A stretch of 64,000 bases of DNA from Eubacteriales bacterium (GCA_045635885.1 JAZTWO010000065.1:3306-67305), one strand, 5' to 3'; positions 1 to 8,990 are shown, counted from the stretch's first letter. The notes: generated by a model not told the origin, from the letters alone. Numbers and translations are program-made.

Positions 1-479
1 TTACAATCGCATACGATACAAGATTTACTCCCAAGGTAGGAACTGTTATTTCTGCAGGATACGTAAAAGTAACAGGAGCACAGCTTAAAGCGGGTGTTCA
101 GTTTGAAGTTAACACAGAAATTTCTGCGGGTGTTGCTGGCCTTTCTGACCCCACTCCTTACTTGTTCCAGATTCAAAGTGATGATTACTTGACAATCAAT
201 GTATTGGGTGGCGCATACAATAATCTCACATATAACTTTGATAAGGATATGAGTAGCACAATGGGTTCATCACTTGTATCTGCGGTAATTTCAATGCACG
301 ATAAGGGCGTTCACTACGGTAAGATGTGTGCCGGTGTTAATACACCCGATCCTGATGCTATTGCATACGGTAAAACAACATATCAGCATGTACTTGAACA
401 GTATATCACTATGGGCAACTTCTATGCTCCCGGTACTTACCAGTTTGTTAACGGTCATATTGTAAACTATTCTAAATAA
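1..479 (+). CDS. unknown protein, C-terminal fragment (5' end lies upstream of the window)
   Basis: Frame 3 is open from nt 3 to the TAA at 477-479 (TIAYDTRFTPKVGTVISAGYVKVTGAQLKAGVQFEV... precedes the first Met of the listed ORF). The next gene starts 9 nt downstream. I recognise no motif. Confidence 0.5.
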   Translation, partial: TIAYDTRFTPKVGTVISAGYVKVTGAQLKAGVQFEVNTEISAGVAGLSDPTPYLFQIQSDDYLTINVLGGAYNNLTYNFDKDMSSTMGSSLVSAVISMHDKGVHYGKMCAGVNTPDPDAIAYGKTTYQHVLEQYITMGNFYAPGTYQFVNGHIVNYSK

Positions 480-487
480 TTGATAGT

Positions 488-1699
488 ATGAAAATAGCTA
501 AACAAAAAAATAACAATAACAAAAATATCATAGCGATTGCCGTTGCGGCAATCGCTGTGGTACTGGCAATTGTTTTGATTATTGTTCTTATTCCCTCAAG
601 GGATAAAAAGGGCAATGGCAAAAATGATGTGCCAAAGGTTACAACAACAACAACGCAGGGAACTGCAAAAATCAAAGAACTTGTTGTTGAATCTCTTCCT
701 TCCAAAACCACATATTATGTGGGCGAAGAATTTGATCCAACAGGAATTAAAATTAAAGTTGTTACAACAAAAGCATCTACAGATTATTATATTGATGCAA
801 CTGATGCCGAATTGACCTTTACAGGATTTGATAGTTCATCTGTAAATGAATCATTAACGGTTTATGCTAATTATAAAGGATACAAAGCATCCTTTACAGT
901 AAGCGTTGAGTTGGTTCCCACAGTTGTTGAAGGAACCGCAACAGGCATTTCCGTGGCTTACGTTTCTAAGTCAATTTATTATCTTGGTGATTCTTTTGAC
1001 CCCTCTGGAGTTAAACTTGCAGTAACTATTGCAGAAAATGATACCGTATATTATATTAACGGTGACCATTCCGGCGTTGAATTTAGTGGATTTGATAGTT
1101 CCGTTGTAAATGACGAACTTTCAATTAAGGTTTCCTATAAGGGCTTTACCACAACCTATACAGTTGCAGTTAAAGATCCATCATTTGCAGAATATGTAAT
1201 TTTGAGCTTGACAATTGCAAGTTCCCCAAGAACAATCTATTATATAGGTCAACAGTTTGACATTACGGGATTGCGAGTTCAGGTTAATACCGATAAGCAG
1301 GCGACAACATTCTTTGTTGAAGCGGACGATCCCAAACTCGAAATTACAGGATTTGATAGTTCTGTAGCCTGCGAAAATCAGGTTATTACCGTAACTTATG
1401 AAGGTGTTAGCACAAAATTTACAGTTACAATTAAAGAATATCCCACCGCTGCGCCAAAGCTTGAATCAATCGAAGTTGTTGGTTTGACTACTACATATAC
1501 ACTTGCTGACTGGCAAGATGGTATCAGTATTAAGAACGTAACATTGAAGTTGGTTTATGACAATGGCACAACAGAGGAAATTCCTATGAAGTGGAATTAT
1601 GTTGATCCCACTGAAGTAATGACTGCACCCGGAACAACAAACTTTGTTGTTAATTACGGTGGCAAAACAACAACTGTTGTAATCACAATAACAGAATAA
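488..1699 (+). CDS. membrane-anchored surface protein with four tandem Ig-like (Big-type) beta-sandwich repeats
   Basis: K/N-rich N-terminus followed by a TM helix (IIAIAVAAIAVVLAIVLIIVLI). An ~85-aa unit is repeated 4 times (TYYVGxxFDPxG-hKhxV ... hxFTGFDSSxxxxxhxhxVxYxGxxxxFTV). Confidence 0.75.
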   Translation: MKIAKQKNNNNKNIIAIAVAAIAVVLAIVLIIVLIPSRDKKGNGKNDVPKVTTTTTQGTAKIKELVVESLPSKTTYYVGEEFDPTGIKIKVVTTKASTDYYIDATDAELTFTGFDSSSVNESLTVYANYKGYKASFTVSVELVPTVVEGTATGISVAYVSKSIYYLGDSFDPSGVKLAVTIAENDTVYYINGDHSGVEFSGFDSSVVNDELSIKVSYKGFTTTYTVAVKDPSFAEYVILSLTIASSPRTIYYIGQQFDITGLRVQVNTDKQATTFFVEADDPKLEITGFDSSVACENQVITVTYEGVSTKFTVTIKEYPTAAPKLESIEVVGLTTTYTLADWQDGISIKNVTLKLVYDNGTTEEIPMKWNYVDPTEVMTAPGTTNFVVNYGGKTTTVVITITE

Positions 1700-1714
1700 T
1701 TTATAAAAAAATTG

Positions 1715-1745
1715 CAGGGAGCGAGAAATCGCGCCCTGTTTTTTT
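1715..1745 (+). terminator. rho-independent terminator after the Ig-repeat gene
   Basis: Stem cagggagcga / tcgcgccctg (one mismatch) with a GAAA loop, followed by tttttttg. Confidence 0.8.
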
Positions 1746-1797
1746 GTCGTTTGGGGTGTTTACAATTTGTTAATTGTTGTTAACTAAATATTCACGT

Positions 1798-1832
1798 AAA
1801 AAAGCCTCCCTTTATAAAAAGGGAGGAATTTT
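1798..1832 (-). terminator. terminator downstream of the pssA-like gene (possibly bidirectional)
   Basis: Stem cctcccttt / aaagggagg, flanked by an A-run on the + strand (U-run on the - strand) and aatttttatt on the other side. Confidence 0.75.
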
Positions 1833-1847
1833 TATTCGATTTGTATA

Positions 1848-2444
1848 CTATTTCTTCTTGCCAAAAAGCAATGAACCAACGTCAAGCTTGGGAATTTTTA
1901 TGTCAAAAACGAAGAAAAATGCCATAATAGCAGGCGCCAAATGATACAACCAAATGCTAATTTCCCCCGGAATATTCCATCCAATAAAGAAAATTATGGG
2001 AGTAATAATGGCAGAAAATGTTATTGGCATTCCTCGAAAAGCCTTTAAACATGCGCTTTCACTGGGATTTGCCTGTCTACTTGTTTCAAGCACGTTAAAA
2101 AACGCAAGTCTGATAAGTCCGCAAAGAACGTAAACCACAAGCACCGCAACTCCAATCGCCGATCTAACCCCGCTGCAATAAAACGCAACCGCCGGCGCAA
2201 TTCCAAACGCAATCACATCCGTCAACGAATCAATCTGAATTCCAAAGTTCTTTTGGTCCTGTGTTCTGTTCTTTTTTGTTCGAGCAACAATGCCGTCAAA
2301 CATGTCGCAAAATCCCGAAAACATTATGCAAAATACTGCAATACCAACGTTTCCTCGGGTTGCCTGAACCATTCCTACAAGTGCTGAAGCCAAGCTTATG
2401 TAAGTTAAAATAACTGTATAGTCATAAAATCCTATGAAATGCAA
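1848..2444 (-). CDS. pssA: CDP-diacylglycerol--serine O-phosphatidyltransferase-like (CDP-alcohol phosphatidyltransferase family)
   Basis: Family motif DMFDGIVAR-x12-G-x3-DSLTD followed by VIAFGIAPA, close to Bacillus PssA as I recall it. I moved the start to TTG 2444, 8 nt after a GGAGG that overlaps the DUF368 stop (taGGAGGcattcggtTTG). The ORF-track start 2510 would overlap DUF368 by 53 nt. Confidence 0.7.
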   Translation of the reverse strand: MHFIGFYDYTVILTYISLASALVGMVQATRGNVGIAVFCIMFSGFCDMFDGIVARTKKNRTQDQKNFGIQIDSLTDVIAFGIAPAVAFYCSGVRSAIGVAVLVVYVLCGLIRLAFFNVLETSRQANPSESACLKAFRGMPITFSAIITPIIFFIGWNIPGEISIWLYHLAPAIMAFFFVFDIKIPKLDVGSLLFGKKK

Positions 2445-2457
2445 AACCGAATGCCTC

Positions 2458-3291
2458 CTAAATACTTTTTTTCTTTTTTTCGCTTTTTTCCATAAAATGT
2501 GCAACCGCAAAGCCGATTATAAAACAAATTATTGAAATTATCATTGTCCACACGTTAATAAAATCGTGGGGAAGAGTTTTTAGTGATGATGAGATTACAA
2601 ATCCCAAAATTATACGAGAAATTATTGCATAATGCTTTTTGAAAAGCATATTTACAAGCTTTGCAAAAAGCAAAACCGTTGCCACAATGCCAACTCCAAA
2701 AGGAATTAGCACGTTCATATCAAAACCACCGATACCGTCGGTTAGTGGAACGTAAATGCCGAGGTAAATTAGCACCGTTGATGAACTTAAGCCCGGAACA
2801 ATCAAGCTAATGCCCCACATAAATCCACAAAATACAAAGCTTAAAAAGTTTGCGGGGATTACAATCGCTTCTCCTGATTCAATCAAGTGGAAGAGAATGT
2901 AGGATATTGACAGCGAAATTACAAACGGTGTCCAGCTTGCACCTTTGTTTGCTTCTTCACTTTTCTTGAACATATCGGGAATGGTTCCGCAAACAAGACC
3001 GAAGAAAAGGAAAATTGCAATATCGGGAGCTATTGAGAAAAGTGTTTCACACACCTTGGCGAGAAGAATAAATCCAAGCATCCAGCCCACAATGAATGGA
3101 GCAAAGAATTGAAAATTATTCTTTATTGATTTTTTGGGGCTTGTTAAAAGCTCCATAAGCGGCTCATAAAGCCCGAACGCAACACATAAAACACCGCCGC
3201 TAACACCGGGCAGGATTGCTCCGACACCGATTATTGCGCCCTGAATTGCGTGCGTGATCATTTGATAAACATTAATCTTATTTTTTTCCAT
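2458..3291 (-). CDS. DUF368-family polytopic membrane protein (family implicated in undecaprenyl-phosphate translocation)
   Basis: Two-fold internal repeat with the family signatures LPGVSGGVL (N-terminal half) and VPGLSSSTVL (C-terminal half). About 8-9 TM helices. Its start overlaps the end of the upstream gene by 14 nt. Confidence 0.75.
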   Translation of the reverse strand: MEKNKINVYQMITHAIQGAIIGVGAILPGVSGGVLCVAFGLYEPLMELLTSPKKSIKNNFQFFAPFIVGWMLGFILLAKVCETLFSIAPDIAIFLFFGLVCGTIPDMFKKSEEANKGASWTPFVISLSISYILFHLIESGEAIVIPANFLSFVFCGFMWGISLIVPGLSSSTVLIYLGIYVPLTDGIGGFDMNVLIPFGVGIVATVLLFAKLVNMLFKKHYAIISRIILGFVISSSLKTLPHDFINVWTMIISIICFIIGFAVAHFMEKSEKKKKSI

Positions 3292-3856
3292 CTTTCATCA
3301 TTTCAAATGCTTCAAAGGTATAAAGTGTACCGGAAACTAACATAAACAACGTGATAAAGCATACCATCACGAGTGACAATGTGCTATTGATATTGGGCCA
3401 AACAAGATGGGACATGATTACAATGATAACAAAGCCCGTGGACGCCTTTCCGTGCCATTTTGCGCCCCTGATGAGTCCTGTTTTTTTATATACGTAAGCT
3501 CTTAGAGCAAGGGAACCAAGTTCCTTTACCAAAAGAACCAAAAAGGGAACGATCATAACAGGAAATCTGGTTATTAAGCAGGCGAAAATTGTGAGCTGAG
3601 TGGCTTTATCTGCAACGGGATCAATAAATTTGCCAAAATCGGTAATCATATTGAATTTTCTTGCAATAAAACCGTCTGCTATGTCAGTGAACGTGGAGAG
3701 CAATACCACGATTAGCGACCACAGATTATCTTGCTTGAAGCAATATAAGTATATAATGACGGGTACTAATAAAATGCGTACTATAGAAAGTATATTTGGA
3801 ATAGTGAAAATTCGTTCGTTAGACCCAGCGAACGCTTTACGAAAAGAAAAATTCAT
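3278..3856 (-). CDS. pgsA: CDP-alcohol phosphatidyltransferase, PgsA-like (phosphatidylglycerophosphate synthase type)
   Basis: Canonical D-x2-DG-x2-AR-x8-G-x3-D-x3-D motif, seen as DIADGFIARKFNMITDFGKFIDPVAD. N-terminal IPNILSIVRILLVP helix. 192 aa with 4-5 TM helices. Confidence 0.65.
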   Translation of the reverse strand: MNFSFRKAFAGSNERIFTIPNILSIVRILLVPVIIYLYCFKQDNLWSLIVVLLSTFTDIADGFIARKFNMITDFGKFIDPVADKATQLTIFACLITRFPVMIVPFLVLLVKELGSLALRAYVYKKTGLIRGAKWHGKASTGFVIIVIMSHLVWPNINSTLSLVMVCFITLFMLVSGTLYTFEAFEMMKDGKK

Positions 3857-4128
3857 AAAAAACCCCCAAGATATATCTTTGCATAGCTATAAAAATACCT
3901 ATTCATATTATATTATACTATATTTTTTACTTCTGTCAAGGTTATTTTGCTATTTTCAACAAAATTTGATGTACAAATATATAAATTAATATATTTATGT
4001 AAAAATAAAATTTGTTATTGATTTTTTTGACGGTTTATGATACAATTATAGTGTATGGTAGGAAAGTATCGCTTTTTTATCATTTTATCCTTTGTCAATT
4101 TCGTATGACAATATTATTCGGAGGGAAT

Positions 4129-7100
4129 ATGAACTATAAGAAAACGAGTAGATGTATCGTTCTTGTGCTATTTTTAGTGGCAACGATTCTTAGTGTTTTG
4201 GCAATTGGTCAGGTTAAGATCAATTATAACATTTCAGATTATCTTGACGATTCCACAGAAACCAAAATTTCTTTGGATATTATGGGCACAAACTTTGACA
4301 TGACCGGCAATATTCAAGTTATGGTTGAAGGCGTTAGTGTTAAAGAAGCTAATGAAATCAGCACTTTGATTAACGGTCTTGGAGACAACGTTTTGCTTGT
4401 TAATTTTGACGATGAAGATCCTGCTTATTATAATACAGAAACTTCAACTGCACTTTTTGCAGTTGTGGTAAAGGGTGATGAGTATTCTGATACTGCAAAC
4501 GAGGTTCTTGCCGATATTAAGGCGGCTCTTGATGCTCGTTTTGAGGGCAGAACAAACTATGGTGGCGCAGTTGTTGAAAAGGCAAATATGCGCAAATCAA
4601 TTCAAACTGAAATTGTAGTTATTCTTGCAATTGCACTTGTTTTTGCCGTTGCTATTATGCTCCTTATGGCAAAATCTTGGATTGAACCTTTGGTGCTTCT
4701 TTTCTCATCATGCATTGCGGTTGTTTTGAATATGGGAACTAACTTTATCTTTAAGGATATTTCCTATATCACAAATGCGGTTGCGGCTATTTTGCAGCTT
4801 GCTTTGTCAGTTGACTATAGCATTATTCTTTTGCACGAATATCGCAATCAAAAATCACTTTGCGAAACTAAAGAGCAGGCAATGGCGCAGGCTGTTAAAA
4901 AGTCCTTTAGCCCCATTGTAGCAAGTGCGTTTACAACAATGGCAGGTCTTATTGCCCTCTACTTTATGACAATGGAAATTGGTATTGACATTGGTCGAGT
5001 TTTGACAAAGGGTATTGCAATTTCTGCAATTACTGCAATCACACTTCTTCCTGCAATCCTTCTTTGCCTTGACAAAGTGATGACAAAGATTAAGAAACGC
5101 AGCATTGAAATTAAGAGCGAGGGTATTTGCAAGGTTGCATTTAAGGCAAGCAAGCCCATTGTTGCTTTGGTTTTGGTTGTTATTGTTCTTTGTGGAGTTT
5201 TGCAAACAGGCAATACATATTTGTTCACAGATTCTTCTGATCCCAACCAGGCTATTATTGATACATTCGGTACTAACAGTACGCTTGTTGTTGTTTATCC
5301 CAAGCTTGAGGAAGAAGATGAAATGTGGGCAAAGGAAGCAGAGCTTGCTAAGGCGCTTGGCGGTTACAGTACTGCAAGCGGAAAGCCTGTTCTTCTTAGC
5401 TACACAGCATATTCAAATACTGTAAGAGAAGAATACAGTGTTCAAGATGCAATGAAGAAGTTCAATCTTTCAAAATCTGATGCGGAATTCTTGTTTGCGC
5501 TTTATCACGAACACGATTCTCACAAGATGACTCCCATAGAGTTTGTTATCTACACATTGGATTTCCTTGAAAATGACCCTGAAGCAAAGCAGTTTGCAAG
5601 TGAATCCACACTTAAGACACTTCAAACAATGTCTGTAGTTCAGGATATTATGAACTATGATTACACAGCAAAAGAGCTTCACACAATCTCCACAACCGGA
5701 GTGCTTGAGGGAACTGAGCTTTCAGAATTCCAGATTAAGCAGATGTACGGCTTGTATTTGATGGAAAATGATGGTTTTGTTGCTGACGATATTATTTTCT
5801 TGGATATGCTTGACTATATCCTTTCCATTGTTGATCGTCCCGATGCTGCAGACCTTATGAATGAAAACACCGTTGAAGACCTTACAGAATTCTCAGGAAG
5901 TATTTATGACTTTAAGAAGAACATGGAAACAATGGTTTCTAAGTCTGAATTCCAGGAATTTGCAACAAGCCAGTTTGGTGGAATACTTGGTAGCTTGGTT
6001 ATCAAGCCCCTTGCAGGCAAGATCTTTGACAGCTATATTAAAAAGCACAATAACGGAGTGAATGAGCCCGTTCAGATTCTTAGCTTGCTTGAATATACAG
6101 TTAATGAAAACCCCGTTGGTAGTGCGCTCCCCGGTGAACTTAAGGATACCGTTGCTAACTATGCTTACGTTTACCACGGCATTCACGAAACTTGCGCTTA
6201 TGACGAATTTATTCCTTTGATTGGTAGTGCGGTTCTTGCTTTGACGGGTGAAACTCGTGAAATCGACACCACTGTTGAGGCGGTTCAGCAGGCGTATATT
6301 ATGTACTACACAGACAAGGGAACAATTCCCGACGCAAAGCTTAACGGACGTGAATTCATTAAATTTGTAAACGATAAAATTGAAACTAACCACGTTGTTA
6401 GAGGAAGAATTTCTGAAGATAGCAGACTCAAGCTCCTTGACCTTGTTACTGTTGATAACTTCCTTTGCGATGACGAAAGATACCTTTATAACGAAATGAG
6501 TGACAAGCTTATTGGTCTTCAAAACTCAATTAAGAGCTTGGATGCAACCGGTTCAATCACTCCAAGCATGATTTTGAACATCTATGCTAAATATACCATT
6601 AACGATGGCAGCAATGCTCTTAAGCCCATTGTTGCAGAAGAGCTTCTTTATTTCGTTGTTGAACAGATGGATTCCAACGAGCAGTTGGCGAGCAAGATCA
6701 CTGAAGAGCATAGAGCAAAGATTGAAGAAAGACTTGCTGCAGTTGAAAGCGCAAGAAAGCTTTTCGTTAGCGATAAGGATTATGCAAGATTGATTCTTTC
6801 AATTGACCTTCCCAGCGAAAGCGAAGAGTCAACTGCGTTTGTTGGCTATCTCCTTTCTACAGTTAAGGAAATTTTTGGTGAGAACGGTCACATTACAGGT
6901 CACATGGTTTCTACTGTAGACCTTCAAAACTCATTTGAAACTGACAACAGAATTATCACAATTGTAACAATTATTTCAATTTTTGTTATTATTATGCTTA
7001 TATTCAAGTCCCTCTCGTTGCCCATTCTTCTTGTGCTTATTATTCAGGGCGCGATTTGGATTTCAATGTCCGCTTCTCTTATTACAGGCCCGATGTTCTT

Positions 7101-7467
7101 TATGAGTTACATTATTACAACTTGTATCTTGATGGGCGCAACAATTGACTATGGAATTCTTATGTCCAACACTTACGTTAATGCTCGTGCTACACTTGAT
7201 AAGAAAGAGGCACTTAATTTGGCGGTTAAGACTGCTATTCCCACAATCTTTACATCAGGAATTATCCTTACAGTTTGTGGATTTATAGTTGGTTTTGTTG
7301 CAAGTCAGCTTTCAATTTCTACAGTTGGTTACCTTCTTGGCAAGGGTGCGCTTGTATCCTCGCTTATGGTAACATTCGTTCTTCCTTCTGTTTTGTATGC
7401 GCTTGATGGCTTTATTATTAAGCTCAGTGTTCGCAAAAAGGAAAAAACAGAAAAAGAAAACGCATAA
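4129..7467 (+). CDS. MMPL/RND-superfamily membrane transporter with an enlarged second extracytoplasmic loop
   Basis: Two bundles of 6 TM helices (one around LSVDYSIILLHEY, one at the C-terminus around MGATIDYGILMSN), each preceded by a soluble loop. I chose ATG 4129 as the start because it follows GGAGGGA by 3 nt. ORF-track codons 1-39 look non-coding. Confidence 0.8.
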   Translation: MNYKKTSRCIVLVLFLVATILSVLAIGQVKINYNISDYLDDSTETKISLDIMGTNFDMTGNIQVMVEGVSVKEANEISTLINGLGDNVLLVNFDDEDPAYYNTETSTALFAVVVKGDEYSDTANEVLADIKAALDARFEGRTNYGGAVVEKANMRKSIQTEIVVILAIALVFAVAIMLLMAKSWIEPLVLLFSSCIAVVLNMGTNFIFKDISYITNAVAAILQLALSVDYSIILLHEYRNQKSLCETKEQAMAQAVKKSFSPIVASAFTTMAGLIALYFMTMEIGIDIGRVLTKGIAISAITAITLLPAILLCLDKVMTKIKKRSIEIKSEGICKVAFKASKPIVALVLVVIVLCGVLQTGNTYLFTDSSDPNQAIIDTFGTNSTLVVVYPKLEEEDEMWAKEAELAKALGGYSTASGKPVLLSYTAYSNTVREEYSVQDAMKKFNLSKSDAEFLFALYHEHDSHKMTPIEFVIYTLDFLENDPEAKQFASESTLKTLQTMSVVQDIMNYDYTAKELHTISTTGVLEGTELSEFQIKQMYGLYLMENDGFVADDIIFLDMLDYILSIVDRPDAADLMNENTVEDLTEFSGSIYDFKKNMETMVSKSEFQEFATSQFGGILGSLVIKPLAGKIFDSYIKKHNNGVNEPVQILSLLEYTVNENPVGSALPGELKDTVANYAYVYHGIHETCAYDEFIPLIGSAVLALTGETREIDTTVEAVQQAYIMYYTDKGTIPDAKLNGREFIKFVNDKIETNHVVRGRISEDSRLKLLDLVTVDNFLCDDERYLYNEMSDKLIGLQNSIKSLDATGSITPSMILNIYAKYTINDGSNALKPIVAEELLYFVVEQMDSNEQLASKITEEHRAKIEERLAAVESARKLFVSDKDYARLILSIDLPSESEESTAFVGYLLSTVKEIFGENGHITGHMVSTVDLQNSFETDNRIITIVTIISIFVIIMLIFKSLSLPILLVLIIQGAIWISMSASLITGPMFFMSYIITTCILMGATIDYGILMSNTYVNARATLDKKEALNLAVKTAIPTIFTSGIILTVCGFIVGFVASQLSISTVGYLLGKGALVSSLMVTFVLPSVLYALDGFIIKLSVRKKEKTEKENA

Positions 7468-7476
7468 ATAAAAATT

Positions 7477-7502
7477 AAGGGACAACCGTGAGGTTGTCCC
7501 TT
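7477..7502. repeat. hairpin A: 11-bp stem with a GTGA loop, copy 1 of an exact 26-nt duplicate
   Basis: aagggacaacc-gtga-ggttgtccctt, 10 nt after the MMPL stop. The identical 26-mer recurs at 7746-7771. Confidence 0.9.
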
Positions 7503-7531
7503 CATCGTGTCGAAAAACTTTCGACACGATG
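7503..7531. other. perfect 13-bp-stem hairpin directly abutting hairpin A
   Basis: catcgtgtcgaaa-aac-tttcgacacgatg. No T-run follows it. Confidence 0.85.
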
Positions 7532-7622
7532 TTAGACTTTGAAAAAGGTAGTTATATTTTTCGTTTTTGCAATCGTCGACGTACAAAGGTACGGCAGAGT
7601 GCAAGAACGGAAAAAGCAAGTA

Positions 7623-7666
7623 AGCACAAGGCATTCTCGATGGCTGCCTTGTGCTTCTTTTTTTTG
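7623..7666 (+). terminator. strong rho-independent terminator inside the intergenic region
   Basis: Stem agcacaaggc / gccttgtgct, followed by tcttttttttg. Confidence 0.8.
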
Positions 7667-7745
7667 TATATTTCATATTATTGGTTTCTGCTTTTTACCT
7701 TTTTATTTTTCACACTTGCGGTAGAGCAGCTTTTTCGATAGTCTG

Positions 7746-7781
7746 AAGGGACAACCGTGAGGTTGTCCCTTTTGTTTTTTA
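7746..7781 (+). terminator. hairpin A copy 2 plus T-run (terminator; also sits just past the 3' end of the convergent antiporter gene)
   Basis: The identical aagggacaaccgtgaggttgtccctt, followed here by ttgtttttta. Confidence 0.8.
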
Positions 7782-7786
7782 TTGAT

Positions 7787-8749
7787 TTAGATAACGAATT
7801 GTACGGTGCAGAAAGCAATATAAATTACGATAAGCGAGATGCCCTGAAATCTTGAGAGCTTGCCACGAATGAGTGCGGGCAAGGTCAAAAGTGCCATGAC
7901 GAGCATCATTACGGGAATATCAATCAAGAATGAGGAGTTGATTCCTGCAATTTGCTTGCCGCTTGGTACTGCGAAGGGTGAAACAACGGATGCGACACCA
8001 CTTACAAGCACGAGGTTTAATATGTTTGCACCAATGATATTTCCAAGTGAGAGTGCGCCGTGGCCTTTAATCAAGGATGTGATGGCGGTTACAAGCTCAG
8101 GAAGGGAAGTTCCGATGGCAACGAAGGTGAGCGCAACAACGGATTCGGGGACGCCCATGGATTCGGCAATGAGTGTTCCGTTATCGACCAAAAGTCTTGC
8201 TCCGACTGCGATAAATGCTGCGCCAACAACCAAGAGCATTATGTTCTTTATCATTTTGGAGTCGAAATTATCGCTCTTGTCGGCATCATCTTTTACAGAT
8301 TTGAGTGCGGCGCGCACGGAAAGTGCGATATATACAACAAATACGGACAAGAGGATGAGTCCCAACCATCTTGAAAATCCTCCAAAGCAATATGCGGCAA
8401 CCACATAGATTGCGGCACTTACAAAGAAAATTACTGTGGGCAAAATGAAAGATTTTTTGTCAATTTTGGAGGGGCGAATTGCAATTGTGAGTGCGGCAAT
8501 TAGTGCGGCATTGCAAATGATTGACCCCAAAGAGTTGCCATAGGCGATTTCACCGTGTCCGCTAAAAGCAGAGGTTGCGGAAACCATTACCTCCGGGAGT
8601 GTTGTTCCGATTGAAACAATAGTTGCACCAATAAGTATGTCGGGGATATTCAATTTTTTGGCGATTACGGTTGAGCCGTCAACGAACCAGTCGCCACCTT
8701 TTATTAATAAAACTAAACCAACAATAAACAAAAAAATCGGCATAATCAT
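7787..8749 (-). CDS. Ca2+/Na+ antiporter, CaCA (YrbG-like) family
   Basis: Two alpha-repeat signatures, GATIVSIGTTLPEVMVS and AIGTSLPELVTAITS, and a GDWFVDGS N-terminal motif. I set the start to ATG 8749 (MIMPIFLF...), 9 nt after AAGGAG. The ORF-track TTG at 8776 is less likely. Confidence 0.85.
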   Translation of the reverse strand: MIMPIFLFIVGLVLLIKGGDWFVDGSTVIAKKLNIPDILIGATIVSIGTTLPEVMVSATSAFSGHGEIAYGNSLGSIICNAALIAALTIAIRPSKIDKKSFILPTVIFFVSAAIYVVAAYCFGGFSRWLGLILLSVFVVYIALSVRAALKSVKDDADKSDNFDSKMIKNIMLLVVGAAFIAVGARLLVDNGTLIAESMGVPESVVALTFVAIGTSLPELVTAITSLIKGHGALSLGNIIGANILNLVLVSGVASVVSPFAVPSGKQIAGINSSFLIDIPVMMLVMALLTLPALIRGKLSRFQGISLIVIYIAFCTVQFVI

Positions 8750-8836
8750 AGCTTTTATCTCCTTTTTCGCAAGCAAAAATAAAAAACCGACGTTCCTCTA
8801 CAGACAGCCGGCTCCTAAATCATTATTTACAATTTT

Positions 8837-8865
8837 ATTATAGCATATTATTTGGGGTTTGTCAA
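8837..8865 (-). promoter_or_regulatory. sigma-A-type promoter of the antiporter gene
   Basis: The - strand reads TTGACA, a 17-nt spacer, then TGcTATAAT (extended -10). Confidence 0.65.
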
Positions 8866-8885
8866 GTTGAAAATGATGTTAATAA

Positions 8886-8912
8886 AGAAAAACCCCCACA
8901 ATAAAGTGGGGG
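8886..8912 (-). terminator. terminator downstream of tRNA-Pro
   Basis: Stem cccccac / gtggggg with a U-run on the - strand. Confidence 0.75.
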
Positions 8913-8914
8913 TG

Positions 8915-8990
8915 TGGTCGAGATGACAGGACTCGAACCTGCGGCATCGTGCTCCCAAAGCACGCGCGCTACCAGCTGCGCCACATCTCG
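8915..8990 (-). tRNA. tRNA-Pro (anticodon UGG), CCA encoded
   Basis: The reverse complement folds as a cloverleaf: CGAGATG-TG-GCGC-AGCTGGTA-GCGC-G-CGTGC-TTTGGGA-GCACG-ATGCC-GCAGG-TTCGAGT-CCTGT-CATCTCG-A-CCA. 76 nt, with G37 after the anticodon TGG. Confidence 0.93.

Noticed and set aside
7529-7741. Small ORFs 7529-7741 and 7539-7724 in the hairpin-rich spacer.
   Set aside because: Both read straight through a strong terminator hairpin and its T-run (7623-7666). There is no convincing RBS, and one starts with TTG.
7860-8408. 182-aa and 104-aa + strand ORFs inside the antiporter gene.
   Set aside because: They are antisense to a clear CaCA transporter with both alpha-repeat signatures.
8787-8811. 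Hairpin plus U-run in the ~80-nt leader of the antiporter gene, considered as a possible ion-responsive attenuator or riboswitch.
   Set aside because: The stem is only 5 bp (including one G-U) with a ~15-nt loop. That is too weak to call, and I could recognise no known Na+/Li+ riboswitch features.
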